A stretch of DNA of 56,439 nucleotides from a virus (lineage: Duplodnaviria > Caudoviricetes): positions 1 through 56,439 of the IMG/VR virus record IMGVR_UViG_3300015264_000006. One strand, written 5' to 3'. Below the pieces are notes generated by a model that was not told the DNA's origin, searched no databases, and worked only from the letters and a program-made list of their open reading frames with translations. The translations under genes were made by a program, and so were the position numbers. This document shows positions 26,344 to 35,185 of the stretch, one piece after another; positions within the stretch are counted from its first letter, which is position 1, and every line of letters starts with the position of its first letter.

Positions 26344-26733
26344 CTAGAAGAAGTACGCGCTGATGCTGTTCAGCACGTTGGTGTTCGCCGACATCGTCAC
26401 CCGCAGGTAGCGCCACGGGTAACCGGCCAGCACATACCGGCGGGTCGTCGTCGCTGTGGTCACCGGGCCGAACGTGGCCACGCTGACCACCGTCGGGGAG
26501 GCCGGGTCCGCGTACGGGATGGCGAAGAAGCTCGTCCCGTCCGCCGACCCCTCCACCAGGTAGGTGCAGGTGGGGGTGGCACCGACCGTGGTGATGACCT
26601 CCAGCAGCACCGGGCCGGTACGCCCGCCGCGGTCGATGATGTTCGTCGTCGGCACCGACCCGGCCAGCGCCGTGCACAGGCTGACCGCGGCGGGCGAGTA
26701 CGGGGCGCCGACGTCAACGGCGAGCGTCGCCAT
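26344..26733 (-). CDS. Beta-rich protein after the capsid gene, possible decoration protein
   Basis: VEGSADG..F and WRYLRV motifs; translationally coupled to the capsid gene. Confidence 0.7.
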   Translation of the reverse strand: MATLAVDVGAPYSPAAVSLCTALAGSVPTTNIIDRGGRTGPVLLEVITTVGATPTCTYLVEGSADGTSFFAIPYADPASPTVVSVATFGPVTTATTTRRYVLAGYPWRYLRVTMSANTNVLNSISAYFF

Positions 26734-27983
26734 CAGACCAGGTACTTGGCGAACGCAGCCGGGCGGATCACGTCCCCGCCGACACGCTCCTTGAACAGGA
26801 ACCCGACCAGGCCCTGGTCCGCGTAACGCTCGTCGAGGCGCTGCACCGTGATCCGCTGCCGGTCGCCGATCATGTACCCGGAGCGGATGTCGCCGAACAG
26901 CACCGACGGCGCGGAACCCGGCGCCGGGAGCCCGGACACCCGGTAGAACGCCCGGCCGAACAGCCGGTCCGGCTGCCCCGCCTGGTTAGACGGCTGCCAC
27001 AGGTAGTTCGACGTCGAGTCCTTGAGCAGCGCGATCGACTGCGTCGCGAGGTCGGAGGCGACGTAGGAGCCGACGTTCGCGAACCGGGACAGGATCACGT
27101 ACTGCAGCTTCTTCAGGTCATCCGGCACGATCACCGCCGACGTCGCCGCGGTGACGCCCTGCGCGGCGGGGATCGCCCCGCCGATCGTCGCCCGCGTCGC
27201 GATGCCGAACGGCTTGCTCGTGCCGTTCCCGGCGGCGAACGCGTCGTCTTCCATCTCGGCGAATTTCTGCCCCACGATCTCCTGCACCAGCGACACCAGG
27301 TTCGAGTCGGTGTCCTGCAGCTCATCGACGCCGATCTGCACCAGCGCCACCAGGTCCTGCACGGTGACCGTGTTCGGGCCGGTCGCCGCGATCGCCGCGT
27401 CCGTCGGCGGCGTCGCGCCACCCGCGTTCGTGAGCTCGATCTGCCCCCAGCCGGCGGTCACGCCGGTCAGCGCCCGCACGTCCACCAGGTTGGAGGTGGT
27501 CGGCCTGACCAGCGCCAGGTCCCGCAGCACCCCGAGGCGCGGCAGCTGCAGGAAGATCGGCCCCGCCAGGTCATGCGGGACGATGATCTGCCCGGTCGAG
27601 TTCTCGATGATCGCGGCCTTCTCCTCCATGTTCAGCGAGGAGGCCCCGGTGCGCAGCGCCTTCGCGAACCATTCCGTGGCCATCCGGCCGGACGCCTCAG
27701 CGGCCCGGCCGCCCGGCGGGGTCCCGCCGACGGCGGCCTTGACCTGCGCGTCCAGCACCGGGTGCGGGGTTTCCGGGGCGGCGGACCACGACTCCAGGTC
27801 GTTGTGCTCCTTCTCGGCCGCAGCCAGGTCCCGGAGCCGGAACGCCTCCTTGTTCAGGGCCTTCATGTTCGCCAGCTCATCGGCGGGCATCTTCGTCGGG
27901 TCCGGGAACCTGTCCTTGATCGCCCGGGCGAGGTGAATGCAGTTCAGTGACTTGTCGGTCAGCTCCTGCAGGCGGGTGGTCAT
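26733..27983 (-). CDS. Major capsid protein, HK97 fold
   Basis: N-terminal helical delta domain, AFAAGNGTSKPFG, LKDSTSNYLWQP, LFGD, ERVGG.V..P.AF. Confidence 0.93.
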   Translation of the reverse strand: MTTRLQELTDKSLNCIHLARAIKDRFPDPTKMPADELANMKALNKEAFRLRDLAAAEKEHNDLESWSAAPETPHPVLDAQVKAAVGGTPPGGRAAEASGRMATEWFAKALRTGASSLNMEEKAAIIENSTGQIIVPHDLAGPIFLQLPRLGVLRDLALVRPTTSNLVDVRALTGVTAGWGQIELTNAGGATPPTDAAIAATGPNTVTVQDLVALVQIGVDELQDTDSNLVSLVQEIVGQKFAEMEDDAFAAGNGTSKPFGIATRATIGGAIPAAQGVTAATSAVIVPDDLKKLQYVILSRFANVGSYVASDLATQSIALLKDSTSNYLWQPSNQAGQPDRLFGRAFYRVSGLPAPGSAPSVLFGDIRSGYMIGDRQRITVQRLDERYADQGLVGFLFKERVGGDVIRPAAFAKYLV

Positions 27984-29080
27984 CGTCTTCCTTCCTGGAG
28001 CTCGGCCTCGAGCCGGTCCATGTCTTCTGCCGCCCGGCCGATTTCGAGCTGGGCGAGGGGACCGGCGAGTGCCTGGGGCGGCTCACCGCCGGGTGCGCCG
28101 TCACGCGGCCCGGTAGGGGTGATGAACGACAGCGCGTACCTGGCGCTGGCCTCATCACTGATCACTCGTTCCGCAGTGCCCTCGCCTGGGGCGGCTGCGC
28201 CCGCAGTGGGTTCCGGCCCGCCGGCCGTCCCGGCTGCGTCGTCATCGTCAAGGGGCTGGTACGCGGCGACCAGGAGGTCGGCCGCTGCCTTGGCCGCGGG
28301 CCTGTACGTGATGCTGAGCGCCTTGCCCATCAGGTCGCTGAACTGGCCGAAGTCGAGGCTGGACGACTCTGTGACCTTGCTCCCGAACTTCTCCTGCGCC
28401 GCGCGCACCTTCGGCAGCGCCTGCTTCCCGAACTCCGCCCCCTGGGCGATCCGGACTGCGGCATTATCCGCGTGGGCCCTGTCGTGGACAGGGAAGTGCC
28501 GCAGCGACCTCGGGGTGGTCTTCCCCTCGGCGTCCTTGCTGCCTCCGGGCTCAATGTAGGCGAACGCGGAATCCGGCAGGTCATTGATGCTCGCGGAGGT
28601 CATCGCTGCTTTCGCCGACGCCGTCGCCAGCTCGTTGATGGGGAACGGCGACACCGTCACCTCGAACAGCTTCAGCTCCTGCAGGAACCGCGCCGACTTC
28701 CCGGCATGCTGCCCCAGGTAGTGCTTCACCGCCTGGTAGGTGAACGACATGCCCTTCAGGTGGCCCTCGACCATCTTCGTCCGGACCGACTGGGCCTTCT
28801 GGTCGGAGGAGAACCGGGCCCGCACCCGCAGGCCGGTGGCGTCTTCCCGCGCGTCGTGGACGCTGCCGATCACCCCGGCCGTGGACAGGTCGTGGTCAGC
28901 GATCAGCGGCAGCGGCTGCCGCGAGTGGGACCAGTCGGTGAGCGTCTTCTTGAACGCCCCGGGCATGACGACGTCACCGTCGGCGTCCACGTTCCCGAAC
29001 ACGCTGGCGTAGCCCTCCAGCTCACCCGGGCTGCCGGAGGCGGCTTTCCACTCGACCGGCACGATCATGTGATCCGGCAT
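27980..29080 (-). CDS. HK97-family prohead protease with an extra C-terminal domain
   Basis: EGYASVFGNVD..GDVVMPGAF, His in ADHD, GMSF Ser, LFEVTVSPFP.N. Confidence 0.92.
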   Translation of the reverse strand: MPDHMIVPVEWKAASGSPGELEGYASVFGNVDADGDVVMPGAFKKTLTDWSHSRQPLPLIADHDLSTAGVIGSVHDAREDATGLRVRARFSSDQKAQSVRTKMVEGHLKGMSFTYQAVKHYLGQHAGKSARFLQELKLFEVTVSPFPINELATASAKAAMTSASINDLPDSAFAYIEPGGSKDAEGKTTPRSLRHFPVHDRAHADNAAVRIAQGAEFGKQALPKVRAAQEKFGSKVTESSSLDFGQFSDLMGKALSITYRPAAKAAADLLVAAYQPLDDDDAAGTAGGPEPTAGAAAPGEGTAERVISDEASARYALSFITPTGPRDGAPGGEPPQALAGPLAQLEIGRAAEDMDRLEAELQEGRR

Positions 29081-29089
29081 CGGTGCTCC

Positions 29090-30556
29090 TTACCGGCCGT
29101 GGCCGTTGACGCGGGCCAGGTCTGGCCGCTTGCGCGCGAGATCAGCGAGGAACTCGCCGGCGTAGGACGCCACCCGGACCTGCGGCAGCGGCGGCGCCCC
29201 CGGCTCCAGCCCCGGCTGATCACCCGGCGGCTGCGCGCCGATCACGTCACCGGCCTGCGGCAGCGCCCCCATCGGCAGCGGCACCGCGCCGCGGGGCAGC
29301 AGGAACACGTCCCCGGCCGCGTCGGTGTCCAGGCCCACGATCCGCCGGAAGTCGTTGACCGTGATCCCGCCGTGAGACAGGGCGTTCACCGCCCGCTCCC
29401 ACTTCGACGACTCGGCCTCCTGCAGGGCCAGCACCTGGCTGTTGTCCCACCGGACAGCCACCCGCGCCCGGCCCGTCCCGGAGAACTCCGCCAGCAGCCG
29501 CGTCTCCACCGGGTCACGGAACCGCCGCTGCAGGGAAAAAATGGCTTCTTCCCACAATTGTTTACGCGCTTCTTGGTAATTCGTAAAAGTGCTTCTATCC
29601 AATCCTACCTTTGCGCCGACAAGGATTGGGGGAACTTGCATTGCGGCACAAATGCGCGATTCTGAAATGGCCCGCAGGTCCGGGAACTCCAGGTCCCGCA
29701 GGTTCATCCCCAGCGGCTGCACGTCCATCCCCGCCTGCAGCACCGCTGGCTCACCGCGGCGGGCGCCGGCGAACGCGGCCTTCCACTTGCGTTTCAGCAT
29801 GTCCGCGACGGCCTGCGTCGTCTCCGTCGCCGTCTTGATCACCACGCCCGGCACCGCGTAGTTGCGCAGCAGCGTGTCCACGAAATCGGTGGCCGAGTTG
29901 TCCAGCGACACCGCCCGCGCCGCCGGCCGCAAGGGCGGCTGCCCGAAATAGGCGCTCAGCGGGTTCGGGTACTTCACGTGGATGATGTCCCGGTACGCGA
30001 TCGGGATGATCGCCGCCGTGACGTTGCGCGGGCCCGTCGTCGGGTCCAGGACATACCCGTAGGACCACACCCGCGGGTCGGTGGTCGGGAAGATGCGGAT
30101 CAGGTCCGGGCGCACCGGCCACAGCTCCGCCGGGAGGCCGTCGCGGCCCCGCTGGATCAGCCAGTAGGAGTTCCCCGCCAGGTCCAGGTACGTGACGCTG
30201 AGCTCGAAGAACTCGAACTCGCCGGTCACGGGGTTCGGCCGGGAGATCAGCCGCCGCAGCCGGTGGCTCTCCAGCGGCTCCCCGTGCGCCACGGGCTGGT
30301 CCCCCGGGTAGACCCGCAGCACCGACTGGGGCAGGTTCTCCGCCCGCTCCCGGATGCACGCGTAGACGAGCTCGTTGCGGCCGTACCCCGCCGACGCGGA
30401 CGACTGGTAGGACGAGTCCGGGTACAGGGCACCGTCGAGGTTCGGCTTCCCCCCGGCGAACGGCGGGACCTGGATGACGTTCTGGGTGCCGTCACCGCGG
30501 GGCAGCAGCAGCGCGGACGCCTTGCGCTCCGCCGCCGACCCGTCAAGCCAGCCCAT
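29090..30556 (-). CDS. Portal protein
   Basis: VYACI, LAGNSY, LWPVRPD, G.PPL..A, ICAAMQVPP.LVG and TFTNY motifs. Confidence 0.93.
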   Translation of the reverse strand: MGWLDGSAAERKASALLLPRGDGTQNVIQVPPFAGGKPNLDGALYPDSSYQSSASAGYGRNELVYACIRERAENLPQSVLRVYPGDQPVAHGEPLESHRLRRLISRPNPVTGEFEFFELSVTYLDLAGNSYWLIQRGRDGLPAELWPVRPDLIRIFPTTDPRVWSYGYVLDPTTGPRNVTAAIIPIAYRDIIHVKYPNPLSAYFGQPPLRPAARAVSLDNSATDFVDTLLRNYAVPGVVIKTATETTQAVADMLKRKWKAAFAGARRGEPAVLQAGMDVQPLGMNLRDLEFPDLRAISESRICAAMQVPPILVGAKVGLDRSTFTNYQEARKQLWEEAIFSLQRRFRDPVETRLLAEFSGTGRARVAVRWDNSQVLALQEAESSKWERAVNALSHGGITVNDFRRIVGLDTDAAGDVFLLPRGAVPLPMGALPQAGDVIGAQPPGDQPGLEPGAPPLPQVRVASYAGEFLADLARKRPDLARVNGHGR

Positions 30557-30735
30557 TACGGCGCGGCCAGCCCGCGGGTAACGATGGCGGCATCACCGAA
30601 GTGGTCCTGATTCCATCCGCATCCGAGGAGGCACACCAGTCCCGGCGGAGGGCTGGTGCCGGCGCCATGACGGTAGAACAGCGGTTCACCGCAGTCCGGG
30701 CACGGGCTTCCGTCGGTGAGTCCGGGAAGGTTCAC
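30556..30735 (-). CDS. Small Zn-finger-like protein
   Basis: CPDC...CLLGC; coupled at both ends. Confidence 0.55.
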   Translation of the reverse strand: MNLPGLTDGSPCPDCGEPLFYRHGAGTSPPPGLVCLLGCGWNQDHFGDAAIVTRGLAAP

Positions 30736-31076
30736 GCGCCCTGCCCCGTCAGCAGGCTCAGCCCGATCAGCAGGCCGCCCGCCGCGGCCACCCCTGCGCC
30801 AGCCCCGGCCCACAGGCCCAGCCCGGCCGGGACCAGCGCCAGCCCGCCGCCCATGCCCGCCGCCGCCACCGCCCGCCGCGGCGCCGAGACCGCAGCCGCA
30901 GCCGCCCGCCGCGCCAGGCCGCCAGCCCGCCGGGACGCCGCGGCCAGCACCGAATCCGCACTGCCAGGCACCAGCGCAAACACCAGCAAAGCTCCCGCAA
31001 GCAGCGCCCAGCCCGGCCCGGCGAGCACGTAAGCACCCGCGGAAGCCAGGCAAGCCGCCAGCACGGACCGGGCCAT
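30732..31076 (-). CDS. Membrane protein between terminase and portal
   Basis: Hydrophobic Ala/Gly/Leu segments; GAGGGAG RBS. Confidence 0.7.
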   Translation of the reverse strand: MARSVLAACLASAGAYVLAGPGWALLAGALLVFALVPGSADSVLAAASRRAGGLARRAAAAAVSAPRRAVAAAGMGGGLALVPAGLGLWAGAGAGVAAAGGLLIGLSLLTGQGA

Positions 31077-31104
31077 CAGATCTCCCTCACTGCATACTGG
31101 CGGG

Positions 31105-31515
31105 ATGACCCCGCCGATCAGGCCATGGCAGAAACTGCCGTACGTGTCCTGTTACTGCTGTCCCGCCCAGGCCACGTACCGTGCCGCAGCGGCATCCTTG
31201 GTGCCCGATGACAGATACGAAGGCGACGGGATCGCGCTGACTTTCACAGACGAGCCGGAACGCGCGAGCCTGCTGGCCTGCGATGAGCATTTTGAGCAAG
31301 CCATGCAGTCAGTTAGGGAGACCTCAGACGCGGACGGCTCCATCGGCGGGCCGCTGCGGCTTCCCTGGCGGTGCTGGTTTCTCTATTACTCGACGACCGG
31401 GCGGCCGATCGGGGACTTCGCCGTGAAGCTGTCCAACTGGAGGTTTGAGCGGTGGTCGGCTAGGGCCGATGACTCCCTGATAGCTCAGAAAACGTCAGGC
31501 TCAGGCGGAACCTGA
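31105..31515 (+). CDS. Hypothetical protein (antisense cassette 5, probably leaderless)
   Basis: CATACT 6 nt before the ATG; CxxC...C.EH motif; lower GC than neighbours. Confidence 0.6.
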   Translation: MTPPIRPWQKLPYVSCYCCPAQATYRAAAASLVPDDRYEGDGIALTFTDEPERASLLACDEHFEQAMQSVRETSDADGSIGGPLRLPWRCWFLYYSTTGRPIGDFAVKLSNWRFERWSARADDSLIAQKTSGSGGT

Positions 31516-33032
31516 ACCCCGAACGTCGCATGGCCGTGGCGGGCCAGGGTGACCGCCTCCAGCGGGCTCACAGGCGCCGCGGCACCGCGCCACGACCACG
31601 CCCACGCATCTGCCAGCGACCGGGTCCGGGCACCCTCTGCGGCCGCGTCCAGCGGCCCCTGCCCGAGATGCCGCCACCGGCCGTTCTTCACGTCCTGGGC
31701 CAGCGCGCCGCAGCCCTGCGCGTACTCCCGCATGGACGTCATCTGCAGCCGCCGCTTACCCGGCGGCGGGTCCTTCCCCGGCGCCGTCACCGCGAACCCG
31801 CGCCCGATCAGCTCTTTCGCGAACGCGCCGGCCGCCCCGGCCGGGTTCATCACCAGCACGCACGGGTCATGCGCATCCGCCAGCTCGCACAGCCGGTCAG
31901 CCAGCCCCGCCGTGTCCTCATGCGGCGGCTCGGTCAGCTCCCCGTGGCCCAGGCCATCCGCCCGGCGGCCCGCCACCGCCACCGACCACGTACCCGGCCA
32001 CGGCGACTCATCAGGCTCCACCGCGAACGCCAGCGCCACCGGCCCGCTGATCTGCGACGCCGGGTCAGCCAGGCCCGCCCACGCCGCGACGAAACCAGCA
32101 CCGGCCCTCATCCCCGACCGGTCCGGGACATTCCCGTACGCCCGGGCGAACTCAGGTGCTTCCATTGACACCCGCTCACTGCGGATCGCGTCCAGCGTGA
32201 TCGTGTGCCGCCACTTCCCGCCGCCGCACCGGCACGGAGGCGACGGGCACAGCGCCGGCATGAACCCGAAGTAGGAGTCCTCGTCCAGCGGGTCCCAGCC
32301 CTCCGGCGCCGAGTACTCGAAATAGGCGATCCCGTGCCCGGAGTCCTCCCGGGCCGCGGCACGGCCCAGCTCCATCTGCCGGTCCAGCACCACCGACGCC
32401 GCAGTCCCCGCTGTCGAGCACACCAGCACCTGCGCATCAGCGATCGTGATCATCGCCGGGCCCAGGCCCTGCTCCCGGCGGTTGTCGGTGTCATGCCAGA
32501 TCTCGTCTAGCACCGACTGGTGCAGCGTCTTGGAGTGCCCCGACGACGACGACGTCGACAGCAGCCGGATCAGCGACCCGTTCGTGAACGAGATGTACTC
32601 GTTGCCCATGCCCTCATAGATCCGCCGGACCAGCGGCTTCAGTTTCCTCGACCGGCGGATCAGCGGGAACAGCTCATCCAGCCACTTATCCCGCGCGTCC
32701 TTCCCCGACTGCGCCGTGAACGCCGACCGCTGCGGATGCGACCACCTCGGCGCAGTGCACCGGTGGATCTGGAACGCCAGGAACAGCGTCGTCTTCCCCG
32801 TCTGCCGGGGCACCGTGACGATGATCTTCCGGTAAGCCGGCAGCCCCGTCTGCCCGTCGATCTCCCCCCCGACCATGGCGATGTCCCGCTGGTGGGGCAT
32901 GAACGGCTGGCCCAGCGCCGCGCCGATCCCGGTCAGCTCACCGCCGAACGACTCCCGCTCAGGCCTGCGCCTCGTCGCGTACTTCGGGGAACAGCTCGGC
33001 AAGAGCCGCGTCGGCGGAGCCGTCATCGTCAT
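31485..33032 (-). CDS. terL: Terminase large subunit
   Basis: Walker A VPRQTGKT, Walker B VLDE, STAG motif. Confidence 0.92.
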   Translation of the reverse strand: MTMTAPPTRLLPSCSPKYATRRRPERESFGGELTGIGAALGQPFMPHQRDIAMVGGEIDGQTGLPAYRKIIVTVPRQTGKTTLFLAFQIHRCTAPRWSHPQRSAFTAQSGKDARDKWLDELFPLIRRSRKLKPLVRRIYEGMGNEYISFTNGSLIRLLSTSSSSGHSKTLHQSVLDEIWHDTDNRREQGLGPAMITIADAQVLVCSTAGTAASVVLDRQMELGRAAAREDSGHGIAYFEYSAPEGWDPLDEDSYFGFMPALCPSPPCRCGGGKWRHTITLDAIRSERVSMEAPEFARAYGNVPDRSGMRAGAGFVAAWAGLADPASQISGPVALAFAVEPDESPWPGTWSVAVAGRRADGLGHGELTEPPHEDTAGLADRLCELADAHDPCVLVMNPAGAAGAFAKELIGRGFAVTAPGKDPPPGKRRLQMTSMREYAQGCGALAQDVKNGRWRHLGQGPLDAAAEGARTRSLADAWAWSWRGAAAPVSPLEAVTLARHGHATFGVQVPPEPDVF

Positions 33033-33219
33033 CCGCCGTCAGCTCCCTCAGCACCACGTGGTACTGCCGCCACAAAGCCGCATTCGACGGGTCCTCGTCA
33101 AGCGCGAACGCCATCGAGCGGAGCGACTGGACGGTCGCGGCGTCGACCTTCTCGACGCGGCCCAGGCGGCGCAGCTCCCTCAGCGTCTGCTCCAGCTGGC
33201 CATGGTTCGTAGTCCGCAC
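32959..33219 (-). CDS. Terminase small subunit
   Basis: Small helical ORF overlapping terL; AALWRQY...L pattern. Confidence 0.7.
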   Translation of the reverse strand: MRTTNHGQLEQTLRELRRLGRVEKVDAATVQSLRSMAFALDEDPSNAALWRQYHVVLRELTADDDDGSADAALAELFPEVRDEAQA

Positions 33220-33334
33220 GCACGCCCCCCCCGGTCAGCGAAAAATCGGCGCCGTAAATAAATCCCAGACGGCTGCGGAGTCGCACGTCAGCGATCCGCA
33301 ATCGTGATCTTGCCCTGGGGTCTGGGCTAATGGT

Positions 33335-33895
33335 CTACCAGCGGCGCGACGTGGCCATGATGGTCTCGGCGCGGGCCGCGCTCACCCGCGCGGTGACGCC
33401 GGGCCCGGGCGCGCCGGGACGCTGCTGCCACCTGGGCGCGCCTGGCTGGCGTGGTGCCCGGAGCCCGAGCGCCCTGTTCCGCTTTCGCAGCTCGGTGCCG
33501 CATGCGCGGCTGCAGCTGCGCTGAGGTGCGTGGTTAGGGTGGTAGTGCGCGCCGCAGATCTCGCAGCTGCGCGCGGCGTAGTGGTAGGGCTTGCCGCATG
33601 CCTGGCAGGTGGTGTCGTGTCCTGCGCCGAGGATCAGGTGCGGCTGCGCCTGGTTGCCTGCGGTCGCGCCGGCGCTGCGGTTGCAGGATGCGTGCTCCAG
33701 GACGGCGGGCCCGTTCGTGCCGCCCTTGGCCCGGTCGGTGATGTGGCCGCGGTCGAGTGCCTGCGTCCTGTACATGGGCTGGCCGCACCGCCAGCACGGG
33801 GTGCCGTCAACGTGAGCTGCAAGCAGCCGCTTCTTGTCCGCGACGTGCGGTGAGCCGAGGCCCCTTTCGGCTGTGGTTCCCCGGTAGCGCGCCAT
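33335..33895 (-). CDS. Packaging-associated HNH endonuclease-like protein
   Basis: CWRCG...LDRGH...EHASCNRSAG plus extra CxxC motifs; upstream of terminase. Confidence 0.8.
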   Translation of the reverse strand: MARYRGTTAERGLGSPHVADKKRLLAAHVDGTPCWRCGQPMYRTQALDRGHITDRAKGGTNGPAVLEHASCNRSAGATAGNQAQPHLILGAGHDTTCQACGKPYHYAARSCEICGAHYHPNHAPQRSCSRACGTELRKRNRALGLRAPRQPGAPRWQQRPGAPGPGVTARVSAARAETIMATSRRW

Positions 33896-34044
33896 CAGCC
33901 CGTCCTCACCGTGGCGGTGCGCGGCTCGTGCTGGCAGTCGCACAGTGCGCTGGCCGCCCGCTCGGTGACGGTGAGGTCACGCCGCTGGCGGGCCTTCTCG
34001 GGGCAGGCGCCGTGCTGGCCGTCGCGGCAGGGCTGGCAGACCAT
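33895..34044 (-). CDS. Small Cys-rich protein (not in ORF track)
   Basis: MVCQPCRDGQHGACP...CDCQH; TGATG coupling. Confidence 0.55.
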   Translation of the reverse strand: MVCQPCRDGQHGACPEKARQRRDLTVTERAASALCDCQHEPRTATVRTG

Positions 34045-34189
34045 GGTCAGTCCGCGTTCTCGGTCAGCCAGCGGGTGACGCGGTAGCCGAGCTCGATCAG
34101 GGCCATGGTGTAGCTCGTGCTGGTGAGGTCACGCTCGTCGCGGTCCGCGGTGTCAGTCATTGCCCGTTGCCCTGCCTCCCCGCGCATGG

Positions 34190-34235
34190 AAAAGGCCCCG
34201 GTGCCCGGATCCGGGCATGAGGTCTCAGGCCTTTT
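34190..34235. terminator. Hairpin at the head of the late operon
   Basis: aaaaggcc...ggcctttt enclosing tgcccggatccgggca. Confidence 0.5.
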
Positions 34236-34245
34236 GTAGCACACG

Positions 34246-34506
34246 CTAGTTACCTGCGGGAACGCAGAGCGCTTCCGCGGCGCGCAGCCAGGGCTGGAGC
34301 GCGGTGTGCAGGCGGCTGATCCCGGCCCAGTCGTAGCAGGCGACGGGGTGGCCGCGGCCGGTGCCGGGGTGCCGCCATCCGGCGGGCTGCACGCCGAGCG
34401 CGCGGACGATGACGCGCAGCTGCGCCTCGGTCATGCGGGGCCTGAGCAGGCCGGCGGCCTCGGCCAGGGTGACCAGGACGGCGGCAGGCATGCCCGATTT
34501 TCGCAT
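34246..34506 (-). CDS. Small HTH-like protein
   Basis: VTLAEAAGLL.P.MTEAQLR; start uncertain. Confidence 0.6.
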   Translation of the reverse strand: MRKSGMPAAVLVTLAEAAGLLRPRMTEAQLRVIVRALGVQPAGWRHPGTGRGHPVACYDWAGISRLHTALQPWLRAAEALCVPAGN

Positions 34507-34671
34507 GCCTGCCGCGCCGGGCCATAACCTGCCGAGTCCCGGCCCGCGATGCCGCGCCGATCCTGCCTGGCCAGTGCTGGCCGTGCCCCGCGCCTATAGC
34601 AGACCTAGCCCAGGCCGGCGCGGGGCCACCCCGGACGGCAGGGCCACGCCAATGGCCCTGCCGTCCCACAT

Positions 34672-34742
34672 GCGCCCGTAGCTCAGAGGAAGAGCAAACC
34701 ACTCGCAGGGTCAGGCCGCAGGTTCGAATCCTGCCGGGCGCG
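34672..34742 (+). pseudogene. tRNA-Arg-like RNA with a degenerate anticodon arm
   Basis: Perfect GCGCCCG/CGGGCGC acceptor, GCTC/GAGC D stem and GCAGG-TTCGAAT-CCTGC T arm; anticodon arm has only 3 bp and is 1 nt short. Confidence 0.75.
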
Positions 34743-34777
34743 CGTGCCCATACAGGCTACAAGGTTTCTTGCCAACG

Positions 34778-34811
34778 AGCTCCCTGGCGGAGTTGCTTTC
34801 GTCAGGGAGCT
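34778..34811. terminator. Hairpin ending the early operon or the tRNA-like transcript
   Basis: agctccctggcg/cgtcagggagct stem, 5 nt from the stop at 34817. Confidence 0.6.
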
Positions 34812-34816
34812 GGCCG

Positions 34817-35185
34817 TCACCCGGGCTGCGGCACATGCCGCAGCACCGGCCGGGGGACGGTCACCTCGCGGGCGCGGCGGACGAGTGCGTCGCGCAGGGC
34901 CCGGGATTTCGCGCCGAGCACCGCGGCGGCTTTCCGCTTCCGGCGCCGCTTCCGCCGCTCGTTCCACCACGACCAGGCGCACAGTGCGCCGCAGAACGCG
35001 AACCAGGCCGCCGCCAGGTACCCGTGCTGCAGCAGGTAAAAGACGACCAGGCAGGCGTCCAGCAGGGCGAACAGCCCGGTCATGTACTCGAACCCGCGTT
35101 CCATCAGGCCCGCGAGCCGCAGCACGCCGCAGGCGACGGCCACGCCCATCAGGCACGACTCAGCAACGGTGAACATGATGATCAT
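34817..35185 (-). CDS. Membrane protein with a basic C-terminus
   Basis: Three hydrophobic segments followed by RRKRRRKRK. Confidence 0.7.
   Translation of the reverse strand: MIIMFTVAESCLMGVAVACGVLRLAGLMERGFEYMTGLFALLDACLVVFYLLQHGYLAAAWFAFCGALCAWSWWNERRKRRRKRKAAAVLGAKSRALRDALVRRAREVTVPRPVLRHVPQPG

Noticed and set aside
33220-33334. cos site between HNH and the small terminase gene
   Set aside because: The position is typical for cos phages, but no specific cleavage sequence can be identified from sequence alone.
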